A stretch of 64,000 nt of DNA. It comes from Patescibacteria group bacterium (GTDB taxonomy: Bacteria; Patescibacteriota; Patescibacteriia; Veblenbacterales; UBA10138). The stretch spans positions 17,161 to 81,160 of the forward strand of contig JBAZOT010000005.1 in assembly GCA_041648575.1 (NCBI GenBank). Reading direction: 5' to 3'. The translations under genes and the position numbers were made by a program. Every line of letters starts with the position of its first letter. Within the stretch, counting starts at the first letter, position 1. The notes beneath the pieces were generated by a model that worked only from the letters and a program-made list of their open reading frames with translations, was not told where the DNA came from and did no database searches. Below, piece by piece: positions 39,423 through 47,757 of the stretch.

Positions 39423-40310
39423 ATGATAATTAGTTTGGAACGAATTTTAACCAGCGATGGCTTGTGGTTAGACGGTTTATTTTTTAAACCACAGACAAAA
39501 ACAAACAAAGCTATTATTTGGGTTCACGGATTGCTTGGTAATTTTTACGGCGGTGGTGAGAGAGTTAGAATTTTGGGTAAAATTTGCACTGAGAATAATT
39601 TTTCTTTTGTTTCTTTTAATACGCGCGGAGCTGGTGTAATGTCTAGATTTTCTAAACAGACATCAGCTAATATTAAACATAAAAACAGGAAGACCATTGG
39701 TGGTGGATTGGAAAATTTTAAAGAGAGTATTTGGGATATTGAAGCTATGATTAAATTTTTACAGCGGCGAGGGTTTAAAAAAATTTATTTAGTTGGCCAT
39801 AGCACTGGCGCTAATAAAGTTTTGTATTATATGTATAAACGGTGTGATCGGTATGTAGCTGGAATTAGTTTGGTTGGTCCAATGAATGATTTTGCTGGTA
39901 AAAAACAAGAGCTAGGCAGTCGTTATAATTCGATTATTAAAAAAGTAAAAGTTTTAGCTAAAAAGAATCCCCATAAACTTTTACCTTATTTATTAAGCCC
40001 AGTACCCACGACCGCTGCCCGCTACCTAAGTTTGTACACCCCGGGCACACCAGAGGATGTTTTTCCGTATTATAATAAAAAGGCTAAATTTAAAGAATTG
40101 GCCAGTGTTCGAGCGCCTATTTTGGTATTAATAGGAGAACGGGACGAATATTTAGATAGGAGTCCGCAAAACTTTGTAAATATTTTTAAATCCAAGGCAG
40201 TCAAAACTAAAAAATTCGTTGGTCAAATTATTAAAAGTGCTGACCATGGATTTTATAATAAAGAGAAAAATTTAGCCGAGGCTATAGTTAATTGGATTAA
40301 AAAAATATGA
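39423..40310 (+). CDS. Alpha/beta hydrolase (DUF1749-like)
   Basis: WVHGL, LVGHSTG, GERDE, ADH. Confidence 0.88.
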   Translation: MIISLERILTSDGLWLDGLFFKPQTKTNKAIIWVHGLLGNFYGGGERVRILGKICTENNFSFVSFNTRGAGVMSRFSKQTSANIKHKNRKTIGGGLENFKESIWDIEAMIKFLQRRGFKKIYLVGHSTGANKVLYYMYKRCDRYVAGISLVGPMNDFAGKKQELGSRYNSIIKKVKVLAKKNPHKLLPYLLSPVPTTAARYLSLYTPGTPEDVFPYYNKKAKFKELASVRAPILVLIGERDEYLDRSPQNFVNIFKSKAVKTKKFVGQIIKSADHGFYNKEKNLAEAIVNWIKKI

Positions 40311-40654
40311 AATATTTAGTATTAGCTGTAATTTTTGTAGGAGAGTTTCTGTTTATTTTTTTGGAAATATATTTTGCCAATAAATTTAAAGACAGCGGAA
40401 CAACAGCAGAAGTGTTTAAGTATTTACTATTGGCCATACCTTTCGCTGTAGTTTTTTCATTATTAATATTGTGGGGTTATATTTATGGCTATAGAGTATT
40501 CGAAAAAATTTGGGTAATAACTATAATTTCTTGGTCATCAATATTAATAATTGAGCCGACTTTAAATTATTTAATTTTTAAAGAAGTGCCAGCGGGCAAT
40601 ACTTTGATTGCTGGCGGCTTGGCAGTGGCAGCTATAATTATTTCTATTTTATGA
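40307..40654 (+). CDS. Small 4-TM protein (DMT/SMR-like)
   Basis: Four TM segments, Glu in TM1, FKE near the C-terminus. Confidence 0.6.
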   Translation: MKYLVLAVIFVGEFLFIFLEIYFANKFKDSGTTAEVFKYLLLAIPFAVVFSLLILWGYIYGYRVFEKIWVITIISWSSILIIEPTLNYLIFKEVPAGNTLIAGGLAVAAIIISIL

Positions 40655-40980
40655 AATTAAAATCTATCAATTTGCAAGTTAGTTGCAGTTCTTTAAAACA
40701 GGCAAAAATAATTGGTGACGCTTCGCTAAAACAAAGATTAGTTGCTTGTTATGAAGTGTATCCTAATATTAAAACAAAATATTTTTGGCCACCTAGAAAA
40801 AATAAAGTACAAAGTGATAACAGATCAACTTTAATACTTGTCACTCTACCCCAGTTTGTAAACAAGTTGCAAAAACTGATAAAATCAAAGCACTCAGATC
40901 AAGTTCCATTTATTGGTTTAATAGAAGTCATTAGTGTTAATCCGGCATATTACCGTTGGCTAAAACAAGAATTAAAATAA
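40651..40980 (+). CDS. cutA: Divalent-cation tolerance protein CutA
   Basis: QRLVAC, KYFW, HS.QVP.I, Y..WL. Confidence 0.85.
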   Translation: MKLKSINLQVSCSSLKQAKIIGDASLKQRLVACYEVYPNIKTKYFWPPRKNKVQSDNRSTLILVTLPQFVNKLQKLIKSKHSDQVPFIGLIEVISVNPAYYRWLKQELK

Positions 40981-41003
40981 TAATAATTTAAGGAGGTAAA
41001 AAT

Positions 41004-42278
41004 ATGGCAAAAAGCAAGACTATAAAAACTGTTAAGCAGGCTAAAATTATTAAAGTTAAGGTAAAGAGAGCGCCGGTTATAAATAAGTTACAACAACAAG
41101 TAAAGAAAAATATAACTAGGATTGAGCCTCAAGTAGTAAAACAGCCAGCAGTTGTAGCAATGTCAAAAAATAAACCCAAATTATCTCATGTTACATTCTG
41201 GCAATATGTCACTTGGTTTTCAGGTTTGTTAGTAGTGATTATGTTGATCGGCACAATTATAGTAGTAAACAGGCCGGGTACCAAGGCTATTGGCATTAAT
41301 AATTTTAATCCATTAATTAATCAGACTAATCAGCAGGAACAAATACTGCCCAGTGCTTTTGTTTCCAGTTTAACCGGTGAAGGCGTGACTCAAGAAGTTG
41401 CCGAGCGCAGACCTCTGGCTGTAATGATTGAAAATTTTTATACAGTAAGACCGCAATCTGGATTGTCATTTGCCGATCTAGTATGGGAAGCGCCAACCGA
41501 GGGTGGCGTGACCAGATTTTTAGCAGTATTTCAAAAAGGATTGCCTTCTAGAATCGGACCAGTGCGCAGCGCGCGTTCGTATTTTATTGACTGGGCACGC
41601 GAATTAGAAGCTTTTTATGCTCATAGCGGTGGGTCGGACGACGCTTTAGATGAGCTAGCTAGGGGTGTTGAAAATTTACAAGATGTTAATGAGTTTTCAA
41701 ATGAGCAAGCATTTTGGCGCGACGACAGAGAAGCGAGGCCGCATAATTTATACACAGCAGCTGAATCATTTTACACTTATGCTGAAAATAGAAACTGGCG
41801 TACAATCAACGACCCTAGTCCTTGGCAATTTGTAAATTCAGATAATTTAACTAGTGTGCCACGGTTGATAATGGAACAGGCTAAGGAAATTTTGGTTCCT
41901 TATTTTCCGTTAGAATACGACGTGTTATGGAAATATCAAGTAGGCGACGGTGTTTATGAGCGATGGATGGATAACAAACCACATCAAGACAGAATTACTG
42001 GTGGAACACTGCAAGCTAAAAATGTTATTGTCATGTTCACTGATGTAGTACCAATTCCTCGCGATCCAAGATTAAGAGTTAATATTACCACTGTAGGCAG
42101 CGGGACAGCTTATTTATTTGTTAACGGCGTAGTTTATAAAGGTTTATGGCAAAAGAAAAGTTTAGAAAGTAGAACTGAATTTGTTGATGCTGGAGGAAAT
42201 TTTTTGCCTTTAAATCCTGGTGTTACTTGGATTTCGGTAGTGGATAAATCGTTAGAGCAGGAGCTTGAATATAAATAA
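41004..42278 (+). CDS. DUF3048 domain protein
   Basis: RPLAVMIEN, RPQSGLS.AD.V.E..EGGVTRF, GPVRSAR, PHNLY. Confidence 0.92.
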   Translation: MAKSKTIKTVKQAKIIKVKVKRAPVINKLQQQVKKNITRIEPQVVKQPAVVAMSKNKPKLSHVTFWQYVTWFSGLLVVIMLIGTIIVVNRPGTKAIGINNFNPLINQTNQQEQILPSAFVSSLTGEGVTQEVAERRPLAVMIENFYTVRPQSGLSFADLVWEAPTEGGVTRFLAVFQKGLPSRIGPVRSARSYFIDWARELEAFYAHSGGSDDALDELARGVENLQDVNEFSNEQAFWRDDREARPHNLYTAAESFYTYAENRNWRTINDPSPWQFVNSDNLTSVPRLIMEQAKEILVPYFPLEYDVLWKYQVGDGVYERWMDNKPHQDRITGGTLQAKNVIVMFTDVVPIPRDPRLRVNITTVGSGTAYLFVNGVVYKGLWQKKSLESRTEFVDAGGNFLPLNPGVTWISVVDKSLEQELEYK

Positions 42279-42344
42279 TTTTTGTGTTAATATCATTTAG
42301 CTATAAATAGGAAAGGTTTTCTATTTATAATTTATAGTGGCTAT

Positions 42345-42419
42345 GGTGGGTGTAGCTCAATGGTAGAGCACCGCTCTGTGGCAGCGGCTACGAGGGTTCG
42401 ATTCCCTTCATCCACCCCA
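42345..42419 (+). tRNA. tRNA-His(GTG) with encoded G-1
   Basis: Anticodon arm CCGCT-CTGTGGC-AGCGG; G-1:C73; encoded CCA. Confidence 0.95.
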
Positions 42420-42550
42420 CCAAAATCACTCAGTGTTTACTGGGTGATTTTGTTATGCCCTAATGGGACATCAAAACTTTTTACTAAAATAAAAAAGGAG
42501 GTACCCGACATATGTCGAATACCTCCGTGTTACTTTTTGTAAACGAGCCT

Positions 42551-43750
42551 TTAATCCAGTTCCCCGACTTGATTTCTTTCCATAAATAAACGGAATTTGT
42601 CATAGTCTGGACCTTCTACTTTTTCGTCCCACGAGTAGGCCAGTGCTGCCATACACTTAACCTCAAGGAGGGCTCCTGTCGTACTACTACCAGAGATAGC
42701 GTTGCCATCTCCTTCTTTGACTGATACCGCCTTGGCACCTGATAGGTACGGGCTGTCGACGCTACCGTCCATCATTGGGCTACCCAATACCACAGGATAG
42801 TGGCGCTGATATAACTCCCACAAACAATTGATGTGGGTTCTCTCTGCTTCAATGATGCCTTCATCACGGACGTTGCCTGCGCCATAGGTAATCATTAGCA
42901 TGGCGCTACAAGTTGGATCATCAGCATCGTGAAGGATTGATTCCGATGGGGTAGCCGGGCTAATTTTTACAACCTTTATACCCTCTCGAAAGTGTGGCTG
43001 GTAGATCAAGCGTGATGAGGTCGCGATTGGGTTACGACGTGGTGCACGCGGGTAGAGCACGAGGTGATCATCATAGTGCCCGACTTGGTCCTTTTCAGGG
43101 CAGGAAAATGCCTGACGACGTTTGTCTTTGACCTTATGGATCTTACTACCGTCCATAAGCTCATCGTTGAACATCAACAATGGACCACTCAAATCGCTCG
43201 CCGCAGCCGTAATGGCAAAATACAGATTGTTGGTAGCGTCATCGCCAAGCTCAACCATTGGGATCTGTGCTCCAGTACCTACGATTGGTTTGCCGATGTT
43301 GGGGAACATGAAGCGCGTAGCTGCCAACATATGGGCCATGGTATCAGTACCGCCGCAAACGACAAAGCCAGTCGCAAAATCGTGAAGTAGACGTATAGCG
43401 TTGCCAATACTGACCCAGTGGACCCAACGACCATTCGTTGAGTCAATAGCTTTGCTGTATACAGGCACCCAAACAACCTGCACCTGGTTAGCGAGGCCTT
43501 TAACTGAGAGTGGTTCGAGCAGCCGCTCGGCATCGTCGGTCGGACCATAGACCTTCTTGTTGAAATCCTCTTTCAGCCTGACCATGCCGATAGTGCCACC
43601 GTAGTAGAGAATAAACACCACGGGGACATTCTTCTTAAGTTGGGCAATATGATCAAGGACCTGGCTGGGAAGTTCTTCCGTACTGGAGTATGGAATAACT
43701 GCGGCAGCCTGCTTCTGATGTCTCTCATTTTTTGAATAAGTGTTGTTCAT
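42551..43750 (-). CDS. Type I L-asparaginase/glutaminase family protein
   Basis: YGGTIGM, IDSTN, GTDTM, TGAQ.P, YGAGN; visibly higher GC than the flanks. Confidence 0.88.
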   Translation of the reverse strand: MNNTYSKNERHQKQAAAVIPYSSTEELPSQVLDHIAQLKKNVPVVFILYYGGTIGMVRLKEDFNKKVYGPTDDAERLLEPLSVKGLANQVQVVWVPVYSKAIDSTNGRWVHWVSIGNAIRLLHDFATGFVVCGGTDTMAHMLAATRFMFPNIGKPIVGTGAQIPMVELGDDATNNLYFAITAAASDLSGPLLMFNDELMDGSKIHKVKDKRRQAFSCPEKDQVGHYDDHLVLYPRAPRRNPIATSSRLIYQPHFREGIKVVKISPATPSESILHDADDPTCSAMLMITYGAGNVRDEGIIEAERTHINCLWELYQRHYPVVLGSPMMDGSVDSPYLSGAKAVSVKEGDGNAISGSSTTGALLEVKCMAALAYSWDEKVEGPDYDKFRLFMERNQVGELD

Positions 43751-43780
43751 TGGTAACCTTCTTTCTGAAATTGTTGTATG

Positions 43781-43880
43781 GTTTGTGGTTTACACTTGAA
43801 CGCCAAAAGACGGCCAAATGTGAACCACAAACATTTGTTAAAGAACAAGAAATAGTAGCTTATTTTAGTAATCTTGTCAA
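43781..43880 (-). promoter_or_regulatory. Promoter, boxA-like motif and leader hairpin of the asparaginase gene
   Basis: TTGACA-17-TACTAT; TGTTCTTTAACA (43847-43836); GTTTGTGGTT/AACCACAAAC stem at 43781-43832. Confidence 0.65.
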
Positions 43881-44149
43881 GTCTAAAACTTGGTCATTTT
43901 TAGCCTAAAGGCGTTTGTGAATAAAGATAGCTCATTAAGAACTTGGTGCCAATCCACTGTTCTGAAACTGGCCACCAATCCACCCCATCAAGAAGTCTCT
44001 CGTTCAAACGAGGGATTTTTTGTTTAAGTTAGCAAAGAACTACGGTTTGCAACTTTTGAACCAAAACACACTACCCCTAATGGGATGGAAAACTTTGTAA
44101 TAAAAACAGGAGTAGACGACTTATGTCTACTCACAGAATCAAAATAATA

Positions 44150-44983
44150 CTAGTCCACTCTACGAATATTAATCTTAGTAGAAAATGTATGTTGGGGCTT
44201 TATCAGTTCGGGATCATTTATTAGCCCACCAGCATCCCTCATAACTGGTTCTATACAAATGAAATTCTTACCTGGCTGCGTCCACACCCAAATTCTTTTA
44301 TATTCTTGTGAAACATCTAGAGCTAAGGTACCAAGCTTAGGTATCATTACCCGCAATACAACACTTGGGTCCTTTAATTTAGGATTGTCTATCTTGGCTG
44401 TTTGTCCTTGAGACCATGATGAAAAACTATTTTCTACTACTTCACCACCGGGAAAATCAAAACGGATATTCTTTTTTTCATTATCTGGTACTGGAAAATA
44501 TGGATGCAGGCCTTCTGAAACTGGCATATCTTTATCATGCTCCAAATTTGTTGTCTCCCTTAATAAAGTCATAGAACCATCTTCTTCAAGGATGGCCTTA
44601 GTGCGAGATAAAAAATTGAAAGGGTAAACCTCCTTAGTTGCTTCGTCCGATGATAATTCTTCAATAAACTCATTAGCAGGACTATCTTTAACTATCCAAT
44701 TTTCAGAATTACGAGCAAATCCATGCTGCCGCAAAAGGAATGGCCCTTCCTTCAAGGGTCCTGCGTTCGGAAAAAGTATCGGTATTCCACCTTTAACATT
44801 AACTTCACTATCATTAAAAGTATTTAGATCAAAATATAAAACCTCCTCTCCTTTTAATTTTAGGGAAGTAATGATTCCTCCCCTTTGGGGAGAGAATGAA
44901 ACCTCATTATTATTTGGACCAATTCTTTTTTCGATTGGAAATCTAAATAATTCATTTTTACTTAGCCGTTCAAATTCTTCCAT
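44150..44983 (-). CDS. Aldose 1-epimerase / galactose mutarotase-like protein
   Basis: GGIPILFP, QHGFAR, YPF.F, GLHPYF, FICIEP. Confidence 0.9.
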   Translation of the reverse strand: MEEFERLSKNELFRFPIEKRIGPNNNEVSFSPQRGGIITSLKLKGEEVLYFDLNTFNDSEVNVKGGIPILFPNAGPLKEGPFLLRQHGFARNSENWIVKDSPANEFIEELSSDEATKEVYPFNFLSRTKAILEEDGSMTLLRETTNLEHDKDMPVSEGLHPYFPVPDNEKKNIRFDFPGGEVVENSFSSWSQGQTAKIDNPKLKDPSVVLRVMIPKLGTLALDVSQEYKRIWVWTQPGKNFICIEPVMRDAGGLINDPELIKPQHTFSTKINIRRVD

Positions 44984-45166
44984 AAATTATATGCATAGTA
45001 CTTATTAACTGAGCTTATTATACCTTTTTAATTGAGCAATCTCAAATGAATTTATACGTTCGGATTTACTATATTAGTTTTCCATCTCCTCTCGTTCAGC
45101 TATCCTAAAGATAGGAAGATGAGGATCGGTTTCCACTTAGTTCCGTTTTTTTGATATCATTAAGTT

Positions 45167-46150
45167 ATGGAGAAAGTTTATAGTAGTAAATCAGAAGCAA
45201 TTTTGGCTCGGGATTACATAGAGCAAAGATTAAAAGAGATTACTAATTTGGAAGTTAAACTAGACAAAAAACTGAGTGATTTTATCTTTGACACTATAAT
45301 GTCAAAGAAGTTTAGGAAATATTCTATAAACCCACTGGCCAACGATAAGGCTCGTAATGCAATTGAAATAAATATAAAAAACAATGAGCCAATTAAATTG
45401 GCAATTCCTTTTGGTACTTATAAATTATGGAGGTTAGGGGAAAGTCCAGAGCCTGATTGGGCAGAATTATTTGTTATGATTTATTATACTTACTGGTTGA
45501 GGCCAATTACTTGCGTTTACCAGCCAGGGGTTTGGTTTGATTTTTGTGGAGATGATGCGATATTAGAAATGATGAACAATATTCCAGAAGTAGATACTGA
45601 AAAGTACAAGTTAACTTTTAGATCCATAATTAAATTCATTCAACCTTATTTGCCAAGTAATTTTAAGTTCACTCTTAGTCCAGTAGGTGAAAGGTATAGT
45701 TCAAAAGACGAATTCCTGGCGGACTTAACGGGCAAAATAGAAGACTTAGAGAAAAAGGGTGTAGACCCATTAACTGAAAGACAAATTGAAATGATGAGAT
45801 TTAATATTAGACCCAAAGACGGTGTAGAAATAGATTTTCAAAAAAATCATCTGATTCATGATGCATATATGAATGTGAGTAAAAGAAGGCCCTACCACAA
45901 AGCCCTTGATAAGATTCTTGTTTCAGCAACTCCTTTTGGTGACAGGACTAGTCTGCCGGTAGGTACGACTAAAACCTCTGTGGTTAAATTTCAGACAGGA
46001 GCAGGGGTGTTGATTAAAAGAGGAGATAGTTTCATTGAAAGTGTACATTCGCCGTCACAATTAGAAGTGTGTAAATTTGACTGGGCAGAAGTTTCGATTG
46101 ATGGTTTGGTTGGAAAAAATTTCAAAATGATTAGAGTTGTATCTGAATAA
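45167..46150 (+). CDS. Hypothetical protein, distant resemblance to PvcA/Dit1 isonitrile synthases
   Basis: PIKLAIPF..K...PDWAE...I..VYQPGV....GD. Confidence 0.5.
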   Translation: MEKVYSSKSEAILARDYIEQRLKEITNLEVKLDKKLSDFIFDTIMSKKFRKYSINPLANDKARNAIEINIKNNEPIKLAIPFGTYKLWRLGESPEPDWAELFVMIYYTYWLRPITCVYQPGVWFDFCGDDAILEMMNNIPEVDTEKYKLTFRSIIKFIQPYLPSNFKFTLSPVGERYSSKDEFLADLTGKIEDLEKKGVDPLTERQIEMMRFNIRPKDGVEIDFQKNHLIHDAYMNVSKRRPYHKALDKILVSATPFGDRTSLPVGTTKTSVVKFQTGAGVLIKRGDSFIESVHSPSQLEVCKFDWAEVSIDGLVGKNFKMIRVVSE

Positions 46151-46278
46151 TTGTGTTTACATTCTTCGTTATACGACCCCGCTAGGAAGTCGCTCGCCTG
46201 AACGAGAGATTTTGCATTATTAAAATCAAGAGATTATAATTTAATTACTGAAGTTTTTAAGTATTAATTAAACTATTT

Positions 46279-46613
46279 ATGGAAAAAGCTAAATTATTTT
46301 ATTTTAGTGTATTAAGTTCTTTTGCCACATTTGTTTATGTGATATTGGTGGCTTGGATTATGATCAATGGTGATAAATATTTGGTCAGATGAACACTTTA
46401 TTAGGCCCAGTGGCTTTTTTATTGTTATTTGTAGTGTCGGCAACTATTGTTGGGTTATTAGTTTTGGGCAAGCCAGTAACATTATTTTTGGAAGGTTTTA
46501 AAAAAGAGGCAGTAAGATTATTGTTTTATACAGTAATTTGTTTAATTGTAATTACAGCTTTAGCGTTAGTAGCCATGATGATAGTTAATACTGTGGCAAT
46601 TAAAAATATATGA
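46279..46613 (+). pseudogene. Small membrane protein broken by a 1-nt frameshift near 46375-46380
   Basis: MEKAKLFYFSVLSSFATFVYVILVAWIMINGDK joins (I)FGQMNTLLGPVAFLLL if one A is added in GATAAATATTT. Confidence 0.65.
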
Positions 46614-47551
46614 AAAAGTTTAATTTATTAATCATTTTGTTAGTTATAACTGGTCTAAATGTAGCAGCTTGGGTTGGCTTTACTAGTATTTATCAACATA
46701 AATTTAATCAGGACATTAATCAGTTAAAAAATGAACTGGTTCAGTTACAGCAAAAAGTTGCTGGTTATGATTTAGAACAGCAAAAATTAGTTCAGGCTAC
46801 CCAAGAAGCAGCTAACAGGGAAGCAGTTAAGCAAAGGTCTCAAGACGAATTATTACAGGCAGCTGTGGCTAAAGTAACGCCAGCAGTGGTTTCTATAGTA
46901 ATTTCTAAAGATGTGCCCAAGTTGGAAATTGTTTATGAAAATCCGTTTGGCAATGATCCGTTTTTCAAGGATTTTAATTTTCAAGTGCCCGTTTACCGAC
47001 AAAAAGGAACACTGCATGAAAAAGTCGGTGCCGGGACTGGATTCTTAGTTACTAAAGACGGTTACATTATTACTAATAAGCATGTAGTTGCTGATACAGC
47101 GGCGGATTATACTGTATTGTTGTCTGATGGTAGTCAAAAACCCGCACAGGTTATTTATAAAGATTCAGTGCATGATTTGGCTGTAGTCAAAATTGAAGGT
47201 AGTGGATTTACGACAGTAGAATTAGGTAATTCTGATAGTTTGAATTTGGGGCAAACTGTGTTTGCGGTTGGTAATGCTTTGGGTGAATATAGTAATTCAG
47301 TATCAGTGGGGATTATTTCAGGCTTAGACAGAACCATTCAAGCTTCAGGTTCAGCTGGAGTTGATCAGTTGAAGGGTGTGATTCAAACTGATGCAGCAAT
47401 TAATCCGGGAAATTCTGGCGGGCCACTTTTAAATTTAGACGGCAAGGCTGTTGGTGTGAATGTAGCTACAGTGGTGGGATCAAATAATATTAGTTTTTCT
47501 ATACCAATTAAACTGGTTAAGGAAATTATCAACTCGGTAATTAATAAATAA
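46610..47551 (+). CDS. HtrA/DegP-like trypsin serine protease without PDZ
   Basis: TNKHVV, DLAVVK, QTDAAINPGNSGGPL; N-terminal TM and coiled coil. Confidence 0.93.
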   Translation: MKKFNLLIILLVITGLNVAAWVGFTSIYQHKFNQDINQLKNELVQLQQKVAGYDLEQQKLVQATQEAANREAVKQRSQDELLQAAVAKVTPAVVSIVISKDVPKLEIVYENPFGNDPFFKDFNFQVPVYRQKGTLHEKVGAGTGFLVTKDGYIITNKHVVADTAADYTVLLSDGSQKPAQVIYKDSVHDLAVVKIEGSGFTTVELGNSDSLNLGQTVFAVGNALGEYSNSVSVGIISGLDRTIQASGSAGVDQLKGVIQTDAAINPGNSGGPLLNLDGKAVGVNVATVVGSNNISFSIPIKLVKEIINSVINK

Positions 47552-47662
47552 CTATTTAGCAATTAATAATTATTTAATCTAAAACATCCCTGAAATCTTC
47601 GGGGTGTTTTATTTTTGAATTTTTTAAATAAAATTAAAGAGGAAAATTTTAAATAAAAAAGG

Positions 47663-47691
47663 TTGACAAAAGGCTATTTTTATGCTAAAAT
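47663..47691 (+). promoter_or_regulatory. Sigma70 promoter of the surface-protein locus
   Basis: TTGACA-17 nt-TAAAAT with extended -10 TG. Confidence 0.7.
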
Positions 47692-47757
47692 TAGTGTATA
47701 AATGCAATAAAATCAATATAATTTAACAAATAATTTTAACATTAAATACAAAAATAT

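Larger units (their letters stand above)
42410..46213. mobile_element. Accessory-gene islet array at the tRNA-His 3' end
   Basis: ATCCACCCCA at 42410 and 43978; related ACCCC-terminator units at 43982 and 46176; CCCTAATGGGA modules at 42458 and 44075. Confidence 0.6.

Noticed and set aside
42360-42542. 60-aa ORF
   Set aside because: Overlaps tRNA-His and its terminator.
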